Of a stretch of 40,269 bases of DNA, positions 26,841 to 35,800 are shown in pieces. The notes under the pieces were generated by a model. The model made no database searches. It saw only the letters and a program-made list of their open reading frames with translations, and was not told the DNA's origin. Position 1 is the first letter of the stretch; every line of letters starts with the position of its first letter. The DNA comes from an uncultured bacterium (GTDB lineage Bacteria > CAYJRR01): positions 68,962 through 109,230 of the forward strand of contig CAYJRR010000001.1 of NCBI GenBank assembly GCA_964372275.1. Reading direction: 5' to 3'. Both the position numbers and the translations under genes were made by a program.

Positions 26841-27254
26841 ATGGGTCGTCACAACGGAGCACGGCGGGTCCTCCCCGCCGGCCGTCTGCTCTCGATCGTC
26901 ATTCTTCTCCCTTCCGGTGCCGCGTCGGCGGGAAGCCCGGACCGGAGCGCGCTGGACGAGGCCGTTCGCGCAGAACAGTCGCGGATCCAGGACTGCTACG
27001 AGTCGGCGCTCGAGCGGAAGCCGCTCCTCTCCGGAAAGATCGTCATCACCTTCCGCGTCGATCCCAAGGGTTCCACGACCGAATCGCAGGTCAAGAGCAG
27101 CACGCTGAGGGACAAGACGATGGAGGAGTGCATCCGTCGAATCTTCGAGAGCGTCTCGCTGCCGGCAATCGAATGCCTGGAGGACGCGCCGAACGACTGC
27201 CTCCGGACGTTTCATTACCCGTTGACGTTCACGCCTCTGCGACCCGCACCGTAG
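26841..27254 (+). CDS. Small exported AgmX/PglI C-terminal (TonB-C-like) domain protein
   Basis: Signal-like N-terminus; IQDCYESALERKPLLSGKIVITFRVDPKG...SSTL...EECI...YPLTF pattern. Confidence 0.75.
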   Translation: MGRHNGARRVLPAGRLLSIVILLPSGAASAGSPDRSALDEAVRAEQSRIQDCYESALERKPLLSGKIVITFRVDPKGSTTESQVKSSTLRDKTMEECIRRIFESVSLPAIECLEDAPNDCLRTFHYPLTFTPLRPAP

Positions 27255-27263
27255 ACCGGTCTC

Positions 27264-28079
27264 TCACGGCGCGTCCGGCGTCGTCGACTCCTCCAGCTCC
27301 CGGAGCTCGAGCACCGTGGTGCGGTCGACCTCGGCCTTCAGCGTGTCGCGCAGCTCCTGCGTGAGTTGGCGGACGGCGGGCCAGTCGGGGAAGCGGGGGC
27401 GGGGGAGCGGGACGCGAACCTCGCGGACGATTCGGCCGGGGCGCGCCCCGAACGCGAAGATCCGGTCGGCGAGGAGGACGGCCGCCTTCAGGTGATGGGA
27501 GACGAAGACGACCGTCTGCCGGTCCTGCATCCACATCGCCTCCACTTCCCGCTCCAGCAGCTCCCGGGTGCGCAGGTCGAGCGATGCGAACGGTTCGTCC
27601 ATTAGGAGCACCGCCGGCTCGAGCACCAGCGCCCTCGCCAACGCGATCCGCTGGCGCATCCCTCCCGACAGCTCGTGCACCAGCGCGTCGCCGTAGCGCG
27701 AGAGCTGCACGGCGCGGAGGACGTTCTCCACCCGCTCCCGCCGCTCTTCGCGATTGACCCCCTGGATGCGGAGCCCGTATTCGACGTTGGCCCAGACGGT
27801 GAGCCAGGGGAAGAGCGCCGCCTCCTGGAAGATGACGGTGCGGTCCGGGCCGGGTCCCTGGACGACGCGGCCGTCGACGCGGATTTCGCCGCCGTCCGGC
27901 GACTCGAGGCCGGCGATCAGGTTGAGGAGTGTCGTCTTTCCGCATCCGCTCGGTCCCACCAGCGCACCGAATTCGCCGGCCTCGAGCGAGAGGGAGACGT
28001 CGCGGAGCGCCACCGACTCCCCCGAGCGGGAGAGGAAGCGCTTGTGGATCCGACGGACCTCGACGTCGACGCCCCGCAT
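27264..28079 (-). CDS. ABC transporter ATP-binding protein (NitT/TauT, SsuB-like)
   Basis: GPSGCGKTT, IFQEAALFPW, LSGGMRQR, LLMDEPF, VSH; start uncertain (28079 favoured). Confidence 0.92.
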   Translation of the reverse strand: MRGVDVEVRRIHKRFLSRSGESVALRDVSLSLEAGEFGALVGPSGCGKTTLLNLIAGLESPDGGEIRVDGRVVQGPGPDRTVIFQEAALFPWLTVWANVEYGLRIQGVNREERRERVENVLRAVQLSRYGDALVHELSGGMRQRIALARALVLEPAVLLMDEPFASLDLRTRELLEREVEAMWMQDRQTVVFVSHHLKAAVLLADRIFAFGARPGRIVREVRVPLPRPRFPDWPAVRQLTQELRDTLKAEVDRTTVLELRELEESTTPDAP

Positions 28080-28129
28080 TGCGATCGGACGCCGGAGCCC
28101 CATCCGAACACCGGCACCGTCGGAGGAAG

Positions 28130-29140
28130 ATGGGATCCGGGCAGGCATCTTCAACGCCGATTCGTGCGCCCTTCCGGGCGCTCGCCCTGCTCCTCCTCGC
28201 CGGCTGCGCCCGGGAGGCGCGCGACGAGATGCGGATCGGCTTCCTTCCCAACCTCACGCACGCCGTACCGCTGGTCGGGGAGGCGCGCCGGTCCTACACC
28301 AGCCCGGAGGGACGCGCGGTCCGACTGGTGCCGTTCCACGCCGGCACGAGCGCGGTGGAGGCGATGCTGGCGGGGAACATCGACCTCACCTACGGTGGAC
28401 CGGGGCCGGCGATCAACGCCTTCGTCCGGACGAAGGGCCGGGTGCGCATCCTGGCCGGGGGCGCCGGCCGGGGCGCGGGGCTGGTGATCCGGGCGAATCT
28501 CCCGATCGACGACGCCGCCGACCTCGCCGGGCTCCGACTCGCCGTGCCCCAGATCGGCAATACCCAGGACATCGCGCTGCGCGAGTATCTCTGGCAGAAC
28601 GGGCTCGCACCGCGCGACGGCGGCGGCGACGTCGTCGTGTTGCCGCTCCCCAACAGCGAGATCCTGTCGACGATGCGCGCCGGGGAGATCGACGGCGCCT
28701 GGGTTCCGGAACCGTGGGCGCAGCGGCTGGTGGAGGAGGCCAGCGGACGCCTGTTTCTCGACGAACGGCGCCTCTGGCCGGACGGCCGGTTCCCCACCAC
28801 GCTCCTGATCGGCTCGGACGAGGCGATCGTCCGCCACCCGCGCGAGGTCGCCGCGGCCGTCGCCGCCAACCGGCGGATCGTCGCCTGGATCCGTGCGCAT
28901 CCGTCCGACGCCAAGTCCCTCGTCAACCGGCAGCTGGAGCGGTACCTGGGGAAGCCGCTCCGGACCGGTACCCTCGACGCCTCCTGGAAGCGACTGGCGT
29001 TCGTCGACGACCCGATGCCCGACGCGCTGGCCGTCACCGCGCGGATGGCCCGCCGGATCGGATACCTGCCGCGGGCCGACGTGTCGGGGATCGTCGTCCC
29101 TCCCGGCGAGCTCGAGTCGATCCGGACGGCGCCGCCATGA
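28130..29140 (+). CDS. ABC transporter substrate-binding lipoprotein (SsuA/NMT1-like)
   Basis: GGAGGA SD; LLLLAG-C lipobox; IGFLPNLTHA, GPGPAINA, PQIGNTQDIALR, WVPEPW. Confidence 0.88.
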   Translation: MGSGQASSTPIRAPFRALALLLLAGCAREARDEMRIGFLPNLTHAVPLVGEARRSYTSPEGRAVRLVPFHAGTSAVEAMLAGNIDLTYGGPGPAINAFVRTKGRVRILAGGAGRGAGLVIRANLPIDDAADLAGLRLAVPQIGNTQDIALREYLWQNGLAPRDGGGDVVVLPLPNSEILSTMRAGEIDGAWVPEPWAQRLVEEASGRLFLDERRLWPDGRFPTTLLIGSDEAIVRHPREVAAAVAANRRIVAWIRAHPSDAKSLVNRQLERYLGKPLRTGTLDASWKRLAFVDDPMPDALAVTARMARRIGYLPRADVSGIVVPPGELESIRTAPP

Positions 29141-29913
29141 ACGACGGCCGGCCCTCCGACGGACGCTTCGCGGTCCTGTTCCTCGGAGCGATCGCCGTCG
29201 CATGGCAGGCGCTGGCGATGATGAAGCTCTGGGATCCGCTGCTCCTCCCTTCGCCGTGGGAGGTGACGAAGGCGATCGGCGCCACGATCGCAAACGGCCG
29301 CCTGCCGATCGCCGTCGGCATCTCTCTCAAGCGGCTGGCGCTCGGGTACGCCGTCTCCTTCGTCGCCGGGATCGCGCTGGGAACGGGGTTGGCGCGCAGC
29401 GAATCGATGCGCGCGACGCTCGGCTACGTGCTGCTGGGGCTCCAGGCGCTGCCATCGATCTGCTGGCTCCCCCTGGCGCTGCTGTGGTTCGGTCTCTCCG
29501 AAGCGGCGATCTTCTTCGTCGTCTTCATGGGATCGGTGCTGTCGATCGCCACCTCGGCCGACAGCGGGGTGCGCAACCTGCCGCCGCTCTACGTGCGCGC
29601 GGCCCGGTCGATGGGGGCCAAGGGGCTGGCGCTCTACCGGACCGTCGTCTTTCCCGCCGCCCTCCCCCAGATCGTCACCGGCGCGAAGCTCGGCTGGTCG
29701 TTCGCGTGGCGTTCGCTGATGGCCGCCGAGCTCCTCTACGTCAACGGGGGACTGGGACAGATGCTGGCGATGGGGCGTGAGCTCCACGACATGGCGCTGG
29801 TGATGGCGGTGATGGTGGTGATCGTCGGCTTGGGGCTCGCGGTCGAGCGCCTGCTCTTCGGGCGCGTGGAGGACGCGTTGCGCATTCGATGGGGACTCTC
29901 GGCGGCGCGGTAG
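29137..29913 (+). CDS. ABC transporter permease (SsuC-like)
   Basis: ATGA overlap; LLPSPWEV, LQALPSICWLPLALLWFG, EAA-loop AARSMGA, FAWRSLMAAE. Confidence 0.92.
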   Translation: MNDGRPSDGRFAVLFLGAIAVAWQALAMMKLWDPLLLPSPWEVTKAIGATIANGRLPIAVGISLKRLALGYAVSFVAGIALGTGLARSESMRATLGYVLLGLQALPSICWLPLALLWFGLSEAAIFFVVFMGSVLSIATSADSGVRNLPPLYVRAARSMGAKGLALYRTVVFPAALPQIVTGAKLGWSFAWRSLMAAELLYVNGGLGQMLAMGRELHDMALVMAVMVVIVGLGLAVERLLFGRVEDALRIRWGLSAAR

Positions 29914-29916
29914 CGG

Positions 29917-31098
29917 CTACGGGCGCGACGGCTTGGGGACGAGGAAGAACAGGCGTCCCGGCTGCTTCATGTGCCCGGCGCAAAGCTCCGCGCCGGCGCC
30001 GCGTCCCCAGAACAGGTCGACGCGACCCGCCCCCCGGATCGCGCCGCCGGTGTCCTGGTTCAACACGAAACGCGACAGCCTCTCCCAGCCGATCGCCCCG
30101 GCGTTCCGTTCGACCGGACGCTCCGTCACGAGGAAGGCCAACGCGCCGCGCGGAAAGAGCCGGTGGTCGGTGGCGATCGACCGGCCGGCGGTGACCGGCA
30201 CGCCGAGACTTCCCACCGGCGGTCCCTCGAGCGTCCGGAAGAAGACGGTGGACGGATTGGAGTCGAGCACGCGGCGCCGCTCCTCGGGATGGCTGCCAAG
30301 CCAGGCGCGAAGCGCCTGCAGCGACATCGCCTCGCGGGCGATCCGTCCCTCGTCGATCAGGAGCTTCCCGATGCTCACGTAGGGGTGGCCGTTGCTCGCG
30401 GCGTATCCGATCCGCCGTTCGGTTCCGTCCCGGAAGGCGAGCGTGGCGCTCCCCTGCACCTCGACGAAGAACAGCTCGACCGGGTCGCGGGCCCAGGCGA
30501 TCTCGCAACCCTGGAGGCCCGACTTGCCGGCGGCGATCTCGGCCCGGGTCCAGTAGGGGACCAGACGCGTCCCCTCGAGGCGTCCGAAGAGGCGCTCGCC
30601 GGCGAAACGACTCCCGAACCGATCGAGCGGCGCCTCGACCAGGTCCGGTGGCCGCCCGTAGATCGGCACCTCGAACCCTTCCACCCGAACCGGCGAGGCG
30701 TCGAGGATCGGCTCGAAGTAACCGGTGACGAGCATCGCGGCGTCCGCGCCGCCGGCCGCCTCCAGCAGGTCGAACTCCCGCGCGAACCGCCGCGCGATCT
30801 CGCGCGGCGGGGGATCGTCGGACAACAGCGACATCGCCCGGCGCAGCGATACCGCCAGTTCCCGGTGCGTGACCGTCCGCGATCCGAAGGCCATCGCCCG
30901 CTCGGGCGGCTCCCCATCGAGCCAGGCCAGGCTGTGCCCGATCGCCTCCCGGAGCGACGCCAGGTCGGCGTCGTCGACGATCTCGCGCCAGGCTTCCGCC
31001 GGACGGAGCGCCTCCTCGGGACGCGTGACCGGGGGGCGAGTTTGTCGCGGAAGGCAACCTGCGAAAAGAAGAAGGCCGAGAAGTAGCACTCTCCGCAC
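29917..31098 (-). CDS. mltA: Membrane-bound lytic murein transglycosylase A
   Basis: VRRVLLLGLLLFAG-C lipobox; VTGYFEP, FFVEVQGS, YAASNGHPY, NPSTVFF; 3D domain QDTGGAIRGAGRVDLFWG. Confidence 0.93.
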   Translation of the reverse strand: MRRVLLLGLLLFAGCLPRQTRPPVTRPEEALRPAEAWREIVDDADLASLREAIGHSLAWLDGEPPERAMAFGSRTVTHRELAVSLRRAMSLLSDDPPPREIARRFAREFDLLEAAGGADAAMLVTGYFEPILDASPVRVEGFEVPIYGRPPDLVEAPLDRFGSRFAGERLFGRLEGTRLVPYWTRAEIAAGKSGLQGCEIAWARDPVELFFVEVQGSATLAFRDGTERRIGYAASNGHPYVSIGKLLIDEGRIAREAMSLQALRAWLGSHPEERRRVLDSNPSTVFFRTLEGPPVGSLGVPVTAGRSIATDHRLFPRGALAFLVTERPVERNAGAIGWERLSRFVLNQDTGGAIRGAGRVDLFWGRGAGAELCAGHMKQPGRLFFLVPKPSRP

Positions 31099-31104
31099 GG
31101 ACGG

Positions 31105-31110
31105 AGTGTA
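31105..31110 (-). promoter_or_regulatory. Putative -10 box TACACT (leaderless mltA)
   Basis: 6 nt before GTG 31098; no SD. Confidence 0.5.
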
Positions 31111-31145
31111 TTCCCGAGGACGACAGCCGGGTGCGGGACCGGTGT

Positions 31146-31307
31146 CGGGACCGGCAGCGGACCCGAGTTCGGGTGCGCGGACGCCGGAAGATTGGAAATG
31201 GGAAATTGGAAATTGAAAACCGACAATGTGCTTCCGTTGTCGGTTTTCAATTTCCAATTTCCAATTTTCAATTCTCTCTACCGTCAGCGGTCCCGCTGCC
31301 GGTCCCG
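31146..31307. repeat. Nested inverted repeat: AT-rich heptamer-repeat hairpin inside GC-rich 15-bp arms
   Basis: 31201-31226 perfectly complements 31237-31262 (26 bp, 10-nt loop); 31146-31160 perfectly complements 31293-31307. Confidence 0.95.
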
Positions 31308-31317
31308 CCCCCGGTAG

Positions 31318-31323
31318 TATCCT
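31318..31323 (+). promoter_or_regulatory. Putative -10 box TATCCT (leaderless ALDH gene)
   Basis: 6 nt before ATG 31330; no SD. Confidence 0.5.
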
Positions 31324-31329
31324 TCGCGC

Positions 31330-32862
31330 ATGCCGTCCGACGACCAATCCCTCCTCCGCGAGCTGGGGATCGCCCCCGAAAACCCCGGCGCCTACGCCGG
31401 TCGATGGCTTTCCACCGCCGGTCCCCTCCTCCCCAGCATCAACCCCTCGACCGGACGATCCATTGCCGCCGTCCGCCAGGCGACGCGCGCCGACTACGAG
31501 ACGACGGTGGTGGCGGCGAACGAGGCGTTCCTCCGCTGGCGCGACGTGCCGGCGCCGCGCCGCGGCGAGATCGTGCGCGAGATCGGCGACGCCTTCCGGC
31601 GGGCGAAGGCTCCGCTCGGGCGCCTGATCTCGATGGAGATGGGGAAGATCCGCGCCGAAGGCGAAGGCGAGGTGCAGGAGGTGATCGACATCGCCGACTT
31701 CGCGGTCGGACTGTCGCGCCAGCTCTACGGCCTGACGATGCACAGCGAGCGGGCCCGGCACCGGATGTATGAACAGTGGCACCCGCTGGGCGTGGTCGGG
31801 ATCGTCACCGCCTTCAACTTCCCGGCCGCGGTGTGGGCCTGGAACGCGATGATCGCGGCGGTCTGCGGGGACGCGATGGTCTGGAAGCCGTCCCGCAAGG
31901 CGCCGCTGACGGCGCTGGCCTGCCAGCGCCTCGCGGCCAACGTCCTCGAGACGCACGGCGTCGGGGCGGTGATGTCGCTGGCGATCGGGACCGACGAGGA
32001 GGTCGGGGCGGCGCTCGTCGAGGACCGGCGGATCCCGCTGGTGAGCGCCACCGGAAGCACCGCCATGGGGCGTCGCGTCGCGGAGACGGTCGCACGCCGC
32101 CTCGGCCGGACACTGCTGGAACTGGGAGGGAACAACGGCGTCCTGGTGATGGACGACGCCGACCTCGACCTCGCGCTGCGCGCCGTTCTTTTTGGAGCGG
32201 TCGGGACCACCGGCCAGCGCTGCACCTCGACGCGGCGGGTGCTGCTGCAGCGCGGGATCGCCGAGCGGTTCACGCAGAAGCTCCGCGCCGCCTACGCGCA
32301 GGTGCGGGTCGGCGACCCTCTGCAGGAAGGGGTGACGATGGGTCCGCTGGTCGACGAGCCGGCGGCCGAGGCGATGCTGGCCGCGCTCACGACGATCCGC
32401 GCCCAAGGGGGCGAGGTGTTGCACGGCGGCCGCCGCCTTCGCGACGGATTCCCGGCGGGCACGAGCTTTGTCGAGCCGACGCTCATCCGCTCGACGCCGG
32501 GGATGCCGATCCTCCGCGAGGAGGTGTTCGCGCCGATCCTCCACCTGGTCACCGTCGACTCCTTCGGCGAGGCCTTGGCAATCCACAACGACGTGCCCCA
32601 GGGGCTCTCCTCGGCGATCTTCACCCGCGACGTGAGGCTGTCGGAACGGTTCCTCTCGCACGGCGGGAGCGATTGCGGAATCGCCAACGTGAACCTCGGA
32701 ACGAGCGGCGCCGAGATCGGGGGGGCGTTCGGCGGCGAGAAGGAGACGGGCGGCGGGCGCGAGGCCGGCTCCGATGCCTGGAAGGCCTACATGCGCCGCC
32801 AGACGAACACGATCAACTGGGGAGCCGACCTCCCCCTCGCCCAAGGGATCCGATTCGGATAG
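31330..32862 (+). CDS. Aldehyde dehydrogenase family 7 (alpha-aminoadipic semialdehyde / piperideine-6-carboxylate dehydrogenase-like)
   Basis: GEVQEVIDIADFAVGLSRQLYG, TAFNFP, LELGGNN, GTTGQRCT, SGAEIGGAFGGEKETGGGREAGSDAWKAYMRRQT, LPLAQGI, all characteristic of ALDH7. Confidence 0.9.
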   Translation: MPSDDQSLLRELGIAPENPGAYAGRWLSTAGPLLPSINPSTGRSIAAVRQATRADYETTVVAANEAFLRWRDVPAPRRGEIVREIGDAFRRAKAPLGRLISMEMGKIRAEGEGEVQEVIDIADFAVGLSRQLYGLTMHSERARHRMYEQWHPLGVVGIVTAFNFPAAVWAWNAMIAAVCGDAMVWKPSRKAPLTALACQRLAANVLETHGVGAVMSLAIGTDEEVGAALVEDRRIPLVSATGSTAMGRRVAETVARRLGRTLLELGGNNGVLVMDDADLDLALRAVLFGAVGTTGQRCTSTRRVLLQRGIAERFTQKLRAAYAQVRVGDPLQEGVTMGPLVDEPAAEAMLAALTTIRAQGGEVLHGGRRLRDGFPAGTSFVEPTLIRSTPGMPILREEVFAPILHLVTVDSFGEALAIHNDVPQGLSSAIFTRDVRLSERFLSHGGSDCGIANVNLGTSGAEIGGAFGGEKETGGGREAGSDAWKAYMRRQTNTINWGADLPLAQGIRFG

Positions 32863-35800
32863 TGGAACGGGCAGCTCCGACCGGGACGGTGGCGATCGTC
32901 TTCACCGACGTGCAGGGCTCGACGCAGCTCTGGGAACGGCGGGAGGAGTCGATGCGCCGCGCCCTGGCGATCCACGACCGGATCCTCCGCGAGTCGATCG
33001 CCGCGGCCGACGGATACGAGGTGAAGACGGAGGGGGACGCCTTCATGGCCTCGTTCCGCTCGTCCTTCGCCGCCGCGCGCTTCTGCCTCGCCTCGCAGAC
33101 GGCGCTCCTCTCGGCCGACTGGCCCGCCGAGATCCTGGAGGACGGTCTCGCCGCCGAGGAGCGAGGCCCCGACGGCCTGCCGATCCGACGGGGACTCCGG
33201 GTGCGGATGGGGATCCACGCCGGTGAACCGGAGTGCCGCGAGAACGAGCTCTCCGGGCGGATGGACTACTACGGCCCGATGGTGAACCGCGCCGCCCGCA
33301 TCTCGGCCGCCGCCCATGGCGGCCAGATCCTCGTCAGCGAACGGGTGTGGAACGAGATCCGCGAGCGCCTGCCGGAACTGGGCGACCCGGCCCCCACGCC
33401 GCTCGGCGTACACCGGCTGAAGGACATCGAGACCCCCGAGCGACTGGTGCAGCTCGTCCCGGCGGCGGTCCGTGGCCGCACCTTTCCGCCGATCAAGACG
33501 ATCGACCTTCCGACCACCAACCTCCCGCCGGAGACGAGCGGCTTCGTCGGCCGGGCCGCCGACCTCGAGGCGGTGGAGCGGCTGTTCGAACGCGGCGAGC
33601 GGCTGGTCACCCTGCTCGGTCCGGGCGGGACCGGCAAGACGCGGTTGTCGTTGCGCTTCGGACGGGTGCACCTCGACGGCTATTCCCGCGAGGGCGGCGG
33701 AGTCTGGTTTTGCGATCTGACCGAGGCGCGCTCGCTCGACGGGGTGTGCGCCGCGGTCGGCCGGGCGCTGGGCTTGAGCCTCACCACGGGAAAGACGAGC
33801 GACGACCTGGTGACGCAGATCGGACACGCCCTCGCCGGACGCGGGCGGGTGCTCGTGCTGCTCGACAACTTCGAGCAGATCGTCGTCCACGCGGCGGCGA
33901 CCGTCGGGCGGTGGCGGGAGTTCGCGCCGGAGGCACGGTTCCTCGTCAGCTCGCAGGAGCGGCTCAAGCTCCCGGGCGAGTGCGGGCACGAGCTCCTCCC
34001 CCTTTCGCTCCCGTCGGACGGCGCGGTCGCCGACTCCGAGGCGGTCCAGCTGTTCGTGCAGCGGGCCACGGCGATCCGGCCGGGCTTCGTCCTCGGCCCG
34101 GCGGACGAGGCGGCGGTGGCCGAGATCGTGCGGCAGCTCGACGGGATTCCGCTGGCGATCGAGCTGGCGGCGGCGCGGATCGGGGTGCTCCCCCCCGCCA
34201 AGATCCTGGAGCGGCTCCCGCGTCGCTTCGACCTCCTCGTCGGCGCGCGGCGCGATGCGAGCAGCCGGCAGGCGACGCTGCGCGGCGCCATCGACTGGTC
34301 GTGGGCGCTGCTCTCCCCCGCGGAGCAGGACGCGTTTGCGCAGGCCTCGGTCTTCCAGGGCGGATTCTCGATCGATGCGGCGGAGGCGGTGCTCGACCTG
34401 TCGGCGCACGACGGCTCCCCGTGGCCGCTCGACGTGGTGCAGGCGCTCCGCGATCGATCGCTGCTCCGCGCCTGGGAGCCCCCCGACCTCCCCGGTGAGC
34501 TGCGCTTCGGGATGTACACCTCCATTCGCGAGTACGCCGCCGAAAAACTACGGAATTCGGGGAGGGAAACCGACGTGCGGCGCCGCCACGCCGCCCACTA
34601 CCTGGAGGCCGGCACCGCGTGGGCCGAGGGGGTCGAGGTCCACGGGGGCCTGGAGAGGCTCCGCCGCCTGGCGCTCGATCTTGAGAACCTGCTCGCCGTG
34701 CTGCGCGACGCCGCCGCCGAGAAGCCTCCCACGGCGGATTCGGCCACGCGGGCGCTGCGGGCGCTGGTCGCCGTCGACCCGGTCCTCTCCACCCGCGGTC
34801 CGTTCGGCACCCACTTGAGCCTCCTCGACGAGGGGATCGCCGCCGCCGACGCCGCCTCGCCGGTCGACCCGCGTCTCCACGCCCGTGTCCTCGGCCTGCG
34901 CGGCTGGGCCCACCGCCTCCGCGGCCAGGCCGACCAGGCGACCGCCGACCTGGAGCGCGCCCTGGCGATGGCGCGGGGGGCGGGGGACCGCGCGATGGAG
35001 GCGCTGGCGCTCGACCGCCTCGGCTTCGTCGAATACCAACGCGGCCACATGGACGGGGCGCAGGCACGGCTCGACGAATCGGCGCGGATCGCGCGAGAGG
35101 CCGGGTTGGAACAGGTCGAATCGCAGGCGCTCGGTTTCCTCGGGATCGTGGCGGGCGATACCGGCCAGCCGGAGATCGGCCGCGCCAACTTCGTGGCGGG
35201 TCTCTCGCTCGCCCGGAAGGTCGGGAATCGGAGACAGGAAGGGGTCCTCCTCGCGAACCTCGGCCGCCTGCACGCGCAGCAGGGCCGGAGCTCCGATGCG
35301 CTGGCCGCCTTCAAACAGGCGCTCGCCATCTACCGCGAGATCGGCGAGCGCGCGCTCGAGGGAAACACGCTCGGACGGATGGGCAACCTGCTCCACGACC
35401 AGGGAACGCTGGACGAGGCGCTGCTCTTCTACGAAAAGGCGATGGCGATCCAGCGGGAAGTCGGCAATCGGTGGGCCCACGCCATCTTCCAGGCCAGCGT
35501 CGCGCAGGTCCACCACGAACTCGGCAACGTCGAGTCGGCAAGGGAGGCCTACGACCGAGCCTTGGCACTCTCCTCCGACGTCGGCAGCGACCGAAGTCGC
35601 GCCTACTATCGGGGCTGCCTGGGCGCCCTCTTCGCGCAATCGGGCGACATCGAAAACGCGGAGCGCTGTTTCCAGGACGCCGACCGGCTGCTCGCGGGCA
35701 CCCGGGAGGCGCGGTATCGGGTCGTGATCGACGTTCTGCGTGCAAGCCTGGAGGACGCGCGAGCCCGCCGGGCCGCCGAGAGCGGCGACCGCGTCCACGA

